Shown: positions 1 through 12,364, counted from the stretch's first letter. The stretch is 64,000 nucleotides of DNA from Octopus sinensis (GCF_006345805.1 NC_043002.1:13578001-13642000), one strand, 5' to 3'. Notes: a model not told the origin generated them from the sequence alone. Numbers and translations: made by a program.

Positions 1-285
1 AGTGCTTGTGGGGTATTGTGCGTGTGCATATATCTGTGTTTGTGTATGTGTGCGTGCGGGTATATCTGTTGTTGTATGTGTATGAGTGCGTGTATTTTGT
101 GCTTGTGTGTAAGCGTGCACGTATGTATGTGTGTGTGTACGTGTTAAGTTTTGTGTGCGTGTGTGTGTGTGTGTGTGTGTTTGTGGTACGTTTTTAATGT
201 GTGTATGTGCGTGCGTGTGCGTGGGCTATGGTTGGTGCTTGTGTATGTGCTATGTTTTGTGTGTTTGTGTGCGTGTTATATCTTC

Positions 286-335
<50 letters not shown>

Positions 336-350
336 GCTGTTTGTTTAGTG
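1..350. repeat. Degenerate (TG)n microsatellite
   Basis: Interrupted TG dinucleotide run; the VCVC/HTHT ORFs here are artefacts. Confidence 0.95.
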
Positions 351-1038
351 ATTCCAAATACTTTCTGACAAAGATAAAACTTAATATCCCGAAGCTCGAG
401 TGACATTTTTGTCAGAAAGTACTGACCTCGCAAACTTAGAAACTTATTTAAAGTCGATTTAATATCTCAAATGCCTTAGATAAAATGTTAATACGATTAA
501 TATTCGACTCTGAGCAGTAAGATAATCAGAGTGCTTGAGTGGAAATCTTCCAACGTACTTAGTCGCTTTCTCTTTCAGTTCTGAGTTCGATTTTTGCTCA
601 GGTCAACTGTGCATTACATCCTTCTGAAATCAAACGGCGATCGACTGGCCTCTCATTCAAATGAATGTTCTGATCTCGGGCACTTAGACGCTATGAAAAC
701 CGTATAACTTGCCCTGTGAGTCCTGAGATCCGAGATAGTAATGCCAGGGGTTGATGATGATGATGATGATGAGGAGGAGGAGGAGGAGGATGAAATCGAT
801 AATACAAGTATCAAATGTTAAAAACTAAAATTATAGTTTTGCGGATAATTATGTTCGTCGTTAATGACGGACAGTTAAAAAGTAATTATATTTATAATGC
901 GTTTCGACCGGTTTAATCAACGATCGTCAGCAGCTTTCATATTCCTCTATAGCTTTTACTTGATTCAGTAATTAGTCTACGGCTATGCTTGTGTACTGCA
1001 TTGAAAGGTTTTAGTTAGTCGAACAAATCGACTAATTT

Positions 1039-1335
1039 TGTTGTGTCTGAGAAGAGTCATTCTCTTTTGGTGCCTTATAATTTCACACACTCACCGGAAA
1101 AATTTCCACTTATTTTTTATTTTTATTTTTCTAAAATTTTCGTTGCGTCTTGCAACATTTTCAATAGTTTTGACCCAAAATAAAAAACAAAACAAGTGGA
1201 AATTTTACCGGTGAGTGTGGGAAATTATAAGGTACGAAAAGAGAATGACTCTCCCTAGACAAAACAGAATATGCTTCAACACTCGAACTCACATAAAGAA
1301 TCTTGCAAAACAAATCCCATATCCAAAACGAAATC
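1039..1335. mobile_element. Two back-to-back inverted copies of an unclassified interspersed repeat (R1)
   Basis: 1039-1128 is the reverse complement of 1177-1266 (core AAGTGGAAATTTTACCGGTG...GAGAATGACTCT). The same repeat recurs at 14275-14545 and, degenerate, at about 32755-32930. Confidence 0.8.
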
Positions 1336-1339
1336 GACT

Positions 1340-1660
1340 TAGGTTTTGTGCTTAAAGTTTGATATCTACTGTATCGGCCTCGTTTGCCAAACCGATAAGT
1401 CACGTGGACGTAAGCAAACCAACACCTGTTGTCAAGATGTGGATGAAGGTGTGAAAAAAACAGGCACAATGACACACACGAGCATACACACACATATATA
1501 TACGACGGGTTTCCACACAGTTTCCGCCTACCAAATTCTTTCACAAGGCATTGGTCTGTCTAGGACTTTAATTGAGGACACTTACCCAAGGTGCCGCGTA
1601 GTAGAGCTGAACACGAAACCACGTTGTTGAAAAGTTAGCTTCTTAACCACACAACCTACT
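1340..1660 (-). mobile_element. SINE-A, degenerate copy
   Basis: Diverged match to the SINE-A copies at 28198, 48498 and 55468, including the internal CA/TA tract. Confidence 0.7.
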
Positions 1661-2304
1661 TAACTAGAAACATCTATTTCTGAACTATGAGCAATAAAAC
1701 TCTTACCCTCCCGGTCATTTATAGAAAAATTATAATCTTCTTTAAGATTATTTCACTACGAAGGAAGCAGCTCAAATAAACGTCGAGAATCTATTACAAA
1801 CTGTAAAAGTAAAGCTTAATCTTATCAGTTAGATTGGTATGGAGACTTATTACTTCAGGAACAAATCATATATACCCAGTTTGAAATTGACAAGAAAATT
1901 TACTTTGCAACTGAAATTTTCTGAAATTCTCATATTTCATATCTACATTGACTGTTTCAAAATGCCTTGATGTCTTATCTGTATAAAATAAATATATCTT
2001 TCCAGAGATGAAGATGTTTGGAGCGTGTAGCTTTCTTTTACATTAGTAGAACACTTTGATAAACGTATTTGAATAAACATTTACTCCATATTACATTTGA
2101 GGCATTTAGCAAGTATGTTAATGTAATGTAATTTAGTAGATCTCTGTCAACGATAAAAGAATAACACGTTGTGACATACACAAGCATATGTATTGTGAGA
2201 ATAAAAAAAATGGAAAGAGAAATGAAAAAATGAATAAGAGTTATTCTCCATTTGACTGCAGAGTTGTAAGATTAGATGCTGTTCTAAAGTTTACCATACA
2301 TACA

Positions 2305-2537
2305 TATTTCTTTATTACCCACAAGGGGCTAAACATAGAGGGGACAAACAAGGACAGACATAGGTATTAAGTCGATTACATCGACCCCAGTGCGAAACTG
2401 GTACTTAATTTATCGACCCCGAAAGGATGAAAGGAAAAGTCAACCTCGGCGGAATTTGAACTCACAACGTAACGACAGACGAAATACCGCTAAGCATTTC
2501 GCCCGGCGTGCTAACGTTTCTGCCAGCTCGCCGCCTT
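2305..2537 (-). mobile_element. SINE-B (tRNA-derived head), full length with target-site duplication
   Basis: Minus-strand head AAGGCGGCGAGCTGGCAGAAACGTTAGC with B-box-like GAGTTCAAATTCC. Flanked by the direct repeat TTACCATACATACA at 2291-2304 and 2538-2551. Confidence 0.9.
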
Positions 2538-2580
2538 TTACCATACATACAGACGCTCAATCCGGAGAGGGTGAACTTTT

Positions 2581-2975
2581 CTAATTCGTCAGAAGAAACT
2601 TTTCCATATGTTTATATTTGCTGAAAATTTCTGATCTGGACTTCATCATAATGAAGCAATTCTTAGGTCTAAGAAGGATACACAATCTCTCGGCTATGCA
2701 TAACTTGCATTTCTTTAACCCATTTACATATGGCATGGATTTTTCGACAATTTTTCACTTGAATATATGAGACGGGCAGTTAGTCTTCGAATCCTGTACG
2801 TGGTTAGCAGACTTAGAGTCTCTACTTTTGTCTAAGTACCACAAAGATGATAGGTGGTCAGCACAGCGACCTTTGAAGTTGTCTTCGCATAACCCGATGT
2901 AATTTTTCTTTTCAGATATTTGTATATATGAAACATGCTCAGGCATATAAGGGTAGATGTATCCGTTATTGCCCG
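2581..2975 (-). mobile_element. Penelope-like element GIY-YIG endonuclease remnant (C-terminus)
   Basis: Reads GYIYP...KNYIGLCEDNFKGRCADHLSSL...HIFK*KIVEKSMPYVNGLKKCKLCIAERLCILL...KSRSEIFSKYKHMEKFLLTN*. This matches the PLE pattern YIG...RY.NH...KW.I...PY....C.LC..EK...NKRSE...C.H..KFLL, with one TGG>TGA stop. Confidence 0.8.
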
Positions 2976-2984
2976 AGGTTAGTC

Positions 2985-3405
2985 ACCATGACTGACCGCT
3001 CCGTCGTGCGTCCATTTGACAACGTTGGTCACAGCACGCTGTCCACTCCTCCCTGGATCGCGCCTTCCTCATCCACGTGATCCCAATCGCCCTCCTAAAA
3101 TCGTAACTCCACCAGGTGGTCGTTTCCGCTCGCGCGGGTACCACTCGACAACTGCGCGGGTCCACCGATTATCGGTGAGCCGGGCGACATTTCCAGCCCA
3201 TCTAAACTTGCTGCGTGTATATTCTACGATGACATCCCTCACGCCGGACTTCTTTCTGATGATCTCACTGTTGATGTGCTCCCTCAATGAGATTCCAAGC
3301 ATTGACCTCTCTATGGCTCTTTGAGCCGTTACAAATCTCTACTTTTCTCTCTTTGTTGTAGCCCATGTTTCACTACCATAGGTTAGTATTACTGAGGTCA
3401 TTATT
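2985..3405 (-). mobile_element. RTE-clade LINE 3' fragment
   Basis: TYGSETWATTK...TAQRAIERSMLGISLREHINSEIIRKKSGVRDVIVEYTRSKFRWAGNVARLTDNRWTRAVVEWYPRERKRP, then frameshifted ...WMRKARSREEW: a typical RTE C-terminus. Confidence 0.9.
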
Positions 3406-3684
3406 ACCTAAAAAGCCCATAATCACACGAATTTCCTATATTTTTGAAGTGCGGTATCCAATTCATTCTCGAATCTTTATTTACTCACAATTGCTGTTTC
3501 AATATCATACAGAAAAAAAAAACCATTCAAGTTGAGCATAAAAATTTTTCTCTATGAATATAACATTTTCATATATACATTTTCTCTATGAATAGGATAA
3601 ACAAATATGATAGGACGTAAAATAGCATTTTTCTCGTATATGCTTCATTTTCTATAACATATGATTAGCCCTCCCACCAAAGAA

Positions 3685-4515
3685 TATTCTTTTCTACTCT
3701 AGCACAACGCCTGACATTTTTAGGGAGGTGGCCAATCGATTAGATCGACCCTATTACGCAACTGGTACTTAATTTATCGACCCCGAAAAAAATGAAAGAC
3801 AAAGTCGATCTCGGCGAAATTTGAACTCAGAACGTAAAGACAAACGGAATACCGTTAGGCATTTCGCCCGGCGTGCTAACGTTTCTGCCAGCTTGCCGAC
3901 TTCATTTTCTTATTGAATTTTCTTTTCTACTGTAGGCACACAGCCCGAACATTTTGGGCGGGTGTCAGTCGATTAGATCTACGCCAGTACGCAACTGGTA
4001 CTTAATTTATCGACACCGAAAGGATAAAAGGCAAAGTCGACCACGGCGGAATTTGAACTCAGAACGTAAAGATAGACGAAACACTGCTAATCATTTCGCC
4101 TTGGGTGCTAACGTTTCTTATTTCTTTATTGCCAACAAGGGGCTAAACATAGATGGGGACAAACAAGGACAGACAAATGGATCAAGTCGATTACACCGAC
4201 CCCAGTGCGTAATTAGTACTTAATTTATCGACCCCGAAAAGATGAAAGGCAAAGTCGACCTCGGCGGAATTTGAACTCAGAACGTGATGTAAGACGAAAT
4301 ACCTGTTTCTTTACTACCCGCAAGGGGCTAAACATAGAGGGGACAGACAAGGACAGACAAACAGATTAAGTCGATTATATCGAACCCAGTGCGCAACTGG
4401 TACTTCTTTAATCGACTCCGAAAGGATGAAAGGCAAAGTCGACCTCGGTGGAATTTGAACTCAGAACGTAACGGCAGACGAAAAACCGCTAAGCATTTCC
4501 CCCGGCGTGCTAAGG
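3685..4515 (-). mobile_element. Head-to-tail cluster of 4-5 SINE-B copies
   Basis: The motif GGTACTTAATTTATCGACCCCGAAAGGATGAAAGGCAAAGTCGACCTCGGCGGAATTTGAACTCAGAACG repeats near 3760, 3995, 4215 and 4395. Confidence 0.9.
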
Positions 4516-4930
4516 TTACTGTCAGTTCATCACCTTGCGTACAAACGCTTCTGTCATCTAGCTGCCTTCCCCATCAAGAATATTGTATTAACTGTATTAT
4601 TGAATTACTTTTCATATCAATAACTTTTGCTCAAAATTTATTGCAATTCTTGGAAGCATAAGATATTCGTTCGTTTTCTATACGGAATAAAAAGAAGCAA
4701 AGTTTAAGAAAGGTGTTTTAGTCTATAAGCCTCTCTTCGAAAAGCTGAGCCCCATAAGGAAAATTACAGTTGCAAGTGGTGAATCTATTACTTGGAATAT
4801 ACATACATTCACTTTTACTCATCCACATAACACATATTTACAAGTAGATTAATATATTAAACACAAAACATCCACGTGCATTGCATGTATATTTATATAA
4901 TGGTACTTATATACACACTCACACACACAC

Positions 4931-5006
<76 letters not shown>

Positions 5007-5028
5007 TGTGTGTGTGTGTGTGTGTATG

Positions 5029-5067
<39 letters not shown>

Positions 5068-5105
5068 ATGTATATATATATGTGCGTGTGTGTGTGTGTG
5101 TGTGT

Positions 5106-5393
5106 GTGGAGGCACATGGCCTAGTGGTTAGAGCAGTGGACTCGTGGTCGAGGGATCGCGTGTTCGAATCTCAGACCGGGCGATGTGCGTGTCTATGAGC
5201 GAGCAGCTCCGGCAGAAGATAATGGCGAACTTCTTCTGACTCTTTCGCCACAACTTTCTCTCATTCTTTCCTCCTGCATCTTGCAGTCTACCTGCGACGG
5301 ACCGGCGTCCCGTCCAGGTGGGGAACCTATACGTCAAGGAAACCGGGAAACCAGCCCTTATGAGCCAGGCATGGCTTGAGAAGGAACAATCAA
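5106..5393 (+). mobile_element. SINE-C, tail variant 1 (tRNA-derived head, V-domain-like core)
   Basis: A box TGGCCTAGTGG, B box TGTTCGAATCT. The core CTGCGACGGACCGGCGTCCCGTCCAGG resembles the V-SINE conserved domain. Related copy at 33208-33508 (-). Confidence 0.8.
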
Positions 5394-5929
5394 CTTTTAT
5401 ATATGCGCGTATTAATACACATTCGTAAACGTGAAGACATTGAAAAGTTTCTGGCTTACAGAGCTTGGGAAAATTGAGGGACCGCTGCCATAAGTGGGTG
5501 AAACGGAGACGTGGATATCTTGAATAAAATCATAATTAACTGCACCTCCTGCATTTTCTTTTGTCCAAAGCCAGAAACTTTTCAGTACTCCGTCGTATAT
5601 TATAATTTTCTTGCGCCTCGGACTTTATCAGGTTTATGCGACATATAAGTGACCGAGATCATACTATTCACATGAATAGGACACCGGTATGGTGCAGGGT
5701 TTCAAAGTTTCATGGACAAATTGATTACATCGACCCGAGTATTTGAGCGGTGCTTTATTTTATCGACCCCGAACATAAAGGGTCGGAAGAGATGCCGCTG
5801 GGTATTTTGTCCGACGTAGTGACGATCCTTCTTGCTTGTCGTACACACACGTACACACACAAACACGTGTACACACACACACGTGTACACACACACACAA
5901 CACACAATATAATATTATATATGTATATA

Positions 5930-6163
5930 TATTTCTTTACTACCCACAAGGGGCTAAACATAGATGGGGACAAACAAGGACAGACAAAGGGATTAAGTCG
6001 ATTACATCGATCCCAGTGCAAAACTGGTACTTAATTTATCGACCCCGAAAGGATGAAAAGCAAAGTCGACCTCGGCGGAATTTGAACTCAGAATGTAACG
6101 ACAGACGAAATACTGATAAGCATTTCGCCCGGCGTGCTAACGTTTCTGCCAGCTCGCCGCCTT
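5930..6163 (-). mobile_element. SINE-B
   Basis: Near-complete match to 2305-2537. Confidence 0.9.
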
Positions 6164-6265
6164 TATATATGTATATATGCATATGTCTGTGTGCGAGTGT
6201 GTATGTGTGTCATACTGGGTCGTTGTAATTTCATACGTGTGTATATTTTTGTGTGTGTATATATA

Positions 6266-6675
6266 TTCTTTTAGTGTTTTACTTGTTTCATTCATTTGAC
6301 TGTGGCCATGCTGGAGCACCGCATTTAGTCTGGCAAATCGACTCCCAGGACTTATTCGTTGTAGGCCTAGTACTTATTCTATCGGTCTCTTTTTCCGAAC
6401 TGCTAAGTTACGGGGTGGTAAACACATCCGCATCGGTTGTCAAGCGATGTTGGTAGGTCAAACAAAAAACACATAAACACACACACACACATAGATATAT
6501 ACATATATACGACGGGATTCTTTCAGTTTCCGTCTACCAAATCCACTCACAAGGCTTTGGTCGGCCCGAGGCTATAGTAGAAGACACTTGCCCAAGGTGC
6601 CACGTAGTGGGAATGAACCTGGGACCATGTGGTTGGTAAGCAAGCTACTTACCACACAGCCACTTTTACGCCTAT
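6266..6675 (-). mobile_element. SINE-A
   Basis: Reverse complement of the head (ATAGGCG..AGTGGCTGTGTGGTAAGTAGC), internal TA/TG tract and GCGGTGCTCCAGCATGGCC tail. Confidence 0.9.
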
Positions 6676-8231
6676 AAAAAATGAAAATAAAAATTTTAAA
6701 GGGGACAGCCGGGAATGAACCGGGTACCTCTCGATATATATATATGCACACATATACTCATACACACATACATACATACTTATATATACATTACATACTT
6801 TTATATATACTTATACTTACATAGTTACATACTTATATATACATTATATATATACATTTCTATATTTCTATATCTATAATTCTATATTTCTATATCTATA
6901 ATTCTATATTCTATATATACATATATATAAATATATGTATATATATATATATATATATATACATGTACACACACGAACACACTCGCGCGCACACACACAC
7001 ACGCACACGTACATACACAGACACACACACATGCACACTCACACATACACACAGACACGCATAAAGTAAATCAGAGATATTGTCTGAAATTGTCTTTGTG
7101 ACTTTTCTGTCCCAGATGTCGTAAATCTTTACGAAATTTATATTTTGTTATTCTTTCTCTGTTACGGTTTTATATTCGTAGTTCGCTGAAGACAGTTAAT
7201 TAAAGAAGAAGAACAAAAAGAAACACCCAATTTTAGTGTCTGGCTGGACATCGGAAGCTAAATCTTATAAATAGATTCGGTTTACATATAGGACTTTTAC
7301 ACAAATTCGCAACATTCCGACAATGCGTTCTTCATAAAGTTTTTTTATTTCTCGGATATTTGAAAGTACATCTAAAAGGTTAACCTACATTCCCTGATTG
7401 TAAAAATGCTACTAGATAAAAGGTCCAATTTTGCAGTATGCGTGACCTGGTGGTCAGGGTATTGTCCTCAGGATCGCTTGATTGTGGTTTCGGTTCCCAA
7501 ACTGGGCAGTGTGTAGTATTCTCGAGTAAAACACTTAATTTCATGTTGCTCCAGGAAATGCTGGAAAGTTAACTCTGTGGGGTACCAGCGACCCGTCCTG
7601 GAGGAGTGTGGTAATCTCAGACATCTAAACGACAAAGTGACAGAGGTAAGCTCCGACCTTAAGAATCCTGAAGCTCACGACAGTTTTAAGAGTAGGAAAG
7701 AGAAGAATCTGTTTGGTTAAGAAAATGTAAGTCATTGAAGACGCCGGCATGTATTATCAAAAGGTATTTAATGACCATTTTCCTTTTCATCGTTTATCAC
7801 ACTGTACTTATTATTATTCTATCCTTAATAAATTTCAATTCTTTTCAACATAGACTGACCGTCTGAGACACGTCTATTCATTTTCCTCTCAATTTTTCTC
7901 GATCCTCAAGCGTATGCTCCAAACGTAGAACACCTCTATCTTTCGTTTCAACATAAATTTGTTTGACTTTGTGTTTTCTCTTTGCACCGTTTAATGTAGT
8001 TCTAGATGGATTTCGCTTGGCAAGATGAACTTCGCCTGGCTTTGACCAAATATCTGTTAGATTCATGCTTGACTGAGGCAGTATTATAATTTACATTAAT
8101 CTATTACCAATATAATTATATACCATCTATTAGCATTATAACTAGCGTTATAAATTGACATAATATCGAGGTCTCTTTCTTTCTTTTGTTGTCTTACCAT
8201 TTTTATCAATATATATATATATATATATATA

Positions 8232-9708
8232 TCTCCCACATCATCAAAGTGTTTGAAAGAGTGTTAAGATCAAGGATGGCTGACTTCCTGGAGACCCAGA
8301 AACTCCTAAATGCAAATCAGCATGGCTTTCGCTGTGGCAGGGACTGTCTAACACAGCTCTTACACCACATTGAAGATGTACTCAAAGCCTTGGGAACAGG
8401 TTCGAAATCTGATGTCATATATCTTGACTTCAGTAAAGCGTTCGACAGGGTAGACCATAATATCCTACTCTCAAAATTGGAAAATGTTGGAATCTGTGGA
8501 AAAGTTCTACACTGGATCAAGTATTTCCTGGCGAATAGAACACAACATGTTGTAGTTGATGGAGTCCACTCAAGCCCAGCAAAAGTCACCAGCGGTGTCC
8601 CCCAGGGGACTGTCTTGGGTCCGCTACTCTTCATAATCTACATAAACGACCTTTCCAGTGTCGTACATTACTGCAAAGTGAAAATATTTGCTGATGACAC
8701 CAAGCTCCAGCAAATCGTCAATGAAGAAGCAGACCGAACTCAACTCCAGTCTGATCTATATGCTGTGAGTCAATGGGCAGACAGAAACAAAATGCAACTG
8801 AACGAGGGAAAATTTGATCTGATGCATTTTGGAAGAAACTCCTCACTAAAACAGCCATACTCTCTTCCTTCAGGGGAACCGCTCACAGCCTCTAACAATA
8901 TCAGAGACCTGGTGTAATTGTTGATGACAATCTCAGTTGGAGTGCACACATCAACAAGAAGGTCGATATAGCTCGTAGGATGAGTTCCTGGATCTTAAGA
9001 ACTTTCCGGTCCAGAGAACAATGTGTCATCATACCACTTTTTTCCTCCTTTGTACGGCCACACCTTGAATACTGCTGCCCACTGTGGTCTCCTCACACAA
9101 GACAAAACATCTCCGGAATTGAGTCACCCCAGAGGGCACTCACTAAACGCATTGAAGGCATGGCTGCTCTCGATTATTGGGATCGCCTTAAAGCCTTGAA
9201 ACTTTACTCCCTCCAGCGTCGCCGTGAGCGGTACATCATTTGTACGATGTGGAAAATATACCGCCAACCGCCAACTTTGCCCAAACGACCTAAACATTAG
9301 CTTCAAGGTTCATCCAAGACTTGGACCACGGGCTATACGTCCCCTGCCCAATTCAAGATCACAACATACATGTACACTGCAACATAATTTCTTTTCCTCT
9401 CAACAGGCCCTGCCCTATTTACATTGTCCCGAGAGAGATCAAAGAGGAAAAGGATCCCATCAACTTTAAACAGAGTCTGGATAGATTCCTTCAAAGAATA
9501 CCAGATAAGCCACCCATAATTGGATACAACTCACCCAACAAGAACTCACTACTGAACAAAACTGGATACAACTCACCCAACAAGAACTCACTACTTGAAC
9601 AAAACTGACTTAAAACAGGATTCGAATAATCCTATCAGGTGGTGCTATTAAGTTAGACATGGCCTGGACCAATCTTTGGTCGAAACATATCTAGTTTATC
9701 TAAGTTTA
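8232..9708 (+). mobile_element. CR1-group LINE, 5'-truncated (RT domain to 3' end), frameshifted
   Basis: NQHGFR, YLDFSKAFDRVDH, SGVPQGTVLGPLLF, FADDTKL, RDL(G)VIVDD, RPHLEYCCPLWSP, LYSLQRRRER. The 3' UTR ends in a TATCTAGTTTATCTAAGTTTA tail. (TA)n on both sides. A 42-bp tandem duplication lies at 9521-9605. Confidence 0.95.
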
Positions 9709-9769
9709 TATATATATATATAACCTTACTTGGAAATGGATGCGTGGCGTTCACTTACATAAAATATAA

Positions 9770-9867
9770 ATATATATAAATAATTATAATAATAATATGA
9801 TAATGATAATAATAATAATAATAAAAATAATAATAAAAATAAAATAATAATAATAATAATAATAATA

Positions 9868-9910
<43 letters not shown>
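9770..9910. repeat. (AAT)n microsatellite
   Basis: Trinucleotide run seen directly. Confidence 0.95.
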
Positions 9911-10290
9911 GAAACACATGTATCTATCGGTACTGGACGTCACCAGCAGTAAACATCATGAAATGCGAAGACAACTGTGTTCGATATGCAAACAACGAGA
10001 AAAAAACAGGACAAGTAACATAATGAACGACCCTTCATCAGTTGTCGGCTGTCTATCTACTCCACATTTCTAGCATTGATCGACAATATGAGTCTTCGAA
10101 GACAGTTGACTCCCATAAGTACCAAATTAAAATTTGGGATTTGTAGAGGGTCGAAGTTGAAAACAAAAACACGACAGTGGTGACATACAAGAAAACCGAA
10201 CGTCCACAAACATGGAAGGTCGTTAGACAGAAACGAGAGGGAAATAGCGAACGCTGGAGAAATATTTTCTTTGACAAGAGAAAAGATAGA

Positions 10291-10321
<31 letters not shown>

Positions 10322-10687
10322 TGAACTTTTTCCTTTAAAAGCTCAAATTTAAGATGTCTTCCCTAAAGATGTAGGCGGGTCACATTCTACGATGGAATCA
10401 ACCTAAAAATATTATTTTGGACCACAGAAACAGCTGTAGGATTTGCAATACTTTTGTTCAGCCCCTTTAATTCTCCTTATCATTTGTATTCTAAAGTCGG
10501 ACTTTCTTGTATGTAAACATATATACATTTCTTGAATGTTATCTATTTATATTCGATATCACTGCGTGACACCTTGGGTAAGTGTCTTCTATTATAGCCT
10601 CGGGTCGACACAGGCTTTGTGAGTGGATTTGGAAGACGGAAACTGAAAGAAGCCCGTCGTATATATGCATATATATATTATATATAT

Positions 10688-11443
10688 ATCAATTAATCAA
10701 TATAGGGTAGCAAAAAATTCAATAGAAATTTTTTCGCCACCAGCGGTCTAGTGAGAAAGAGAAAATAGTCATAGACTATATATATAAATTCAACACAATT
10801 GAGGAATGGCCTTAATAGGCCATTCGACCCACTAGAAAGAGCAGCTAGGACTCCAATTTTCCTTTAATTTCTGAATTACTACTACCTGGCGGTTTGAGTC
10901 CTGACTGCTCTTTCTAGTGGGTCGAATGGCCTATTAAGGCCATTCCTCAATTGTTGTTGAATTTATATATATAGTCTATGACTATTTTCTCTTTCTCACT
11001 AGACCGCTGGTGGCGAAAAAATTTCTATTGAATTTTTTGCTACCCTATATTGATTAATTGATGATTTTCTGACTAATTCTGAAATTGAATCAGCAGTTTA
11101 TATTTACTGCTGATAAGTTGGCGCGAGTACGATAGTTTTGAAAATTTTAGGGCAGATATTCCTAGGGCATAGATACAGCTGCCTCGTGTATATATGTCCC
11201 TCCTTGGCTTCTTTACCGATGAGGTGTAGCCTTTGGTGGATTGACTTAGTTTAATTTAATTTAATTAAGCTGGTTTGCCATTAAAAACACCGAAACAATG
11301 CATTGTCTAAAGATGAATTAGGGTAAATGTTTTAAAATTTTCCTTTAATTTCTGAATTACTACTACTTGGCGGTTTGAGTCCTGGCTGCTCTTTCTAGTG
11401 GGTCGAATGGCCTATTAAGGCCATTCCTCAATTGTTGTTGAAT
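10688..11443 (+). mobile_element. Non-coding Penelope pseudo-LTR-like or retrozyme-like element (family P3): inverted arm + 481-bp unit + partial direct repeat
   Basis: Inverted repeat 10688-10853/10896-11062 (about 97% identical), direct repeat 10855-10962/11336-11443, internal hammerhead fold, (TA)n on both sides. Confidence 0.75.
11210..11313 (+). ncRNA. Type I hammerhead ribozyme fold (U4C core variant, extended stem II)
   Basis: TCTTTA-CCGATGA-GGTGT...ACACC-GAAA-CAATGCATTG-TC-TAAAGA: 6-bp stem I, G10.1-C11.1 pair, palindromic stem III, GUC cleavage triplet at 11305-11307. Confidence 0.75.
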
Positions 11444-11457
11444 ATATATATATATAT

Positions 11458-11556
<99 letters not shown>

Positions 11557-11908
11557 TGTGTATGTTTGCGTGTCTCTGTTTGCCTCCCTCAACATCGCTT
11601 GACAACCGATGGGGGTGTGTTTACGTCCACCATAACTTAGCGTTTCGACAAAAGAGACCGACAGAATAAGTACTAGGCTTGCAAAGAATAAGTCCTGGTG
11701 CCGATTTGCTCGACTAAAGGCGGCGGTGCTCCAGCATGGCCACAGTCAAATGACTGAAACAAGTAAAAGAGTATATTGAACTGTCTAACTTGCTTATCTC
11801 TGCATTTACTTCTATACCTACTCGAGTTGAAATCTCTTGAGCACTACGAAGTGTATTCTATAAGGAGAATATCTGATTCTCATTTGCGAACTATATATAC
11901 ATACATAT

Positions 11909-11941
<33 letters not shown>

Positions 11942-12364
11942 TATATATATAATATATATATATTCTTATGTAGAATGATGGATCAAAAAATTAAAAGAGA
12001 CAAATAGATATATATAATGAATGTCTTGTCTGTTAGTGGCAGCAGAGTTTCATGATTTCTGCAGCAAGACATTATGTGAACGAGAAATTAATTAAAAAAA
12101 CAAAGACAATTTTTATCCTCTTAGAGCTGTAGAGAGTAATATAAATGAAAAGATGCATAAAAGTGCAAAGAAAAGATATAAAATAAGAAGAAAAAAAAGT
12201 ATTTTAACGCAATAAGATAATAAGATAAAAATTATTTGAACGTAAATATGGTTCAATAAAATAAATTATGAATTCCAGACTAGCAGTTTGGAGTTATTGA
12301 ACATCGGTTCTGGGTGTGAGGTGTTTTCAAATTGAACGATAAATTATTACAAATTTATCATGAT

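Larger units (their letters stand above)
10560..11772 (+). mobile_element. SINE-A split by an insertion in its internal (TA)n
   Basis: The 5' part (10560-10680) ends ...GAAGCCCGTCGTATATAT. The 3' part (11444-11772) resumes with TA/TG and ends GAAACAAGTAAAAGAGT. Confidence 0.85.

Noticed and set aside
3685-4515. CRISPR-like or satellite reading of the regularly recurring motifs
   Set aside because: These are head-to-tail SINE-B copies of about 200 bp in eukaryotic DNA; there is no repeat-spacer structure and no cas genes.
7878-8066. 62-aa non-repetitive minus-strand ORF
   Set aside because: No motif recognised and no convincing splice sites.
9727-10310. Possible first exon or 5' UTR on the minus strand after a (CT)n tract, including the 74-aa ORF at 10053-10277
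   Set aside because: No recognisable domain, and the donor-like sites are weak; not supportable without transcripts.
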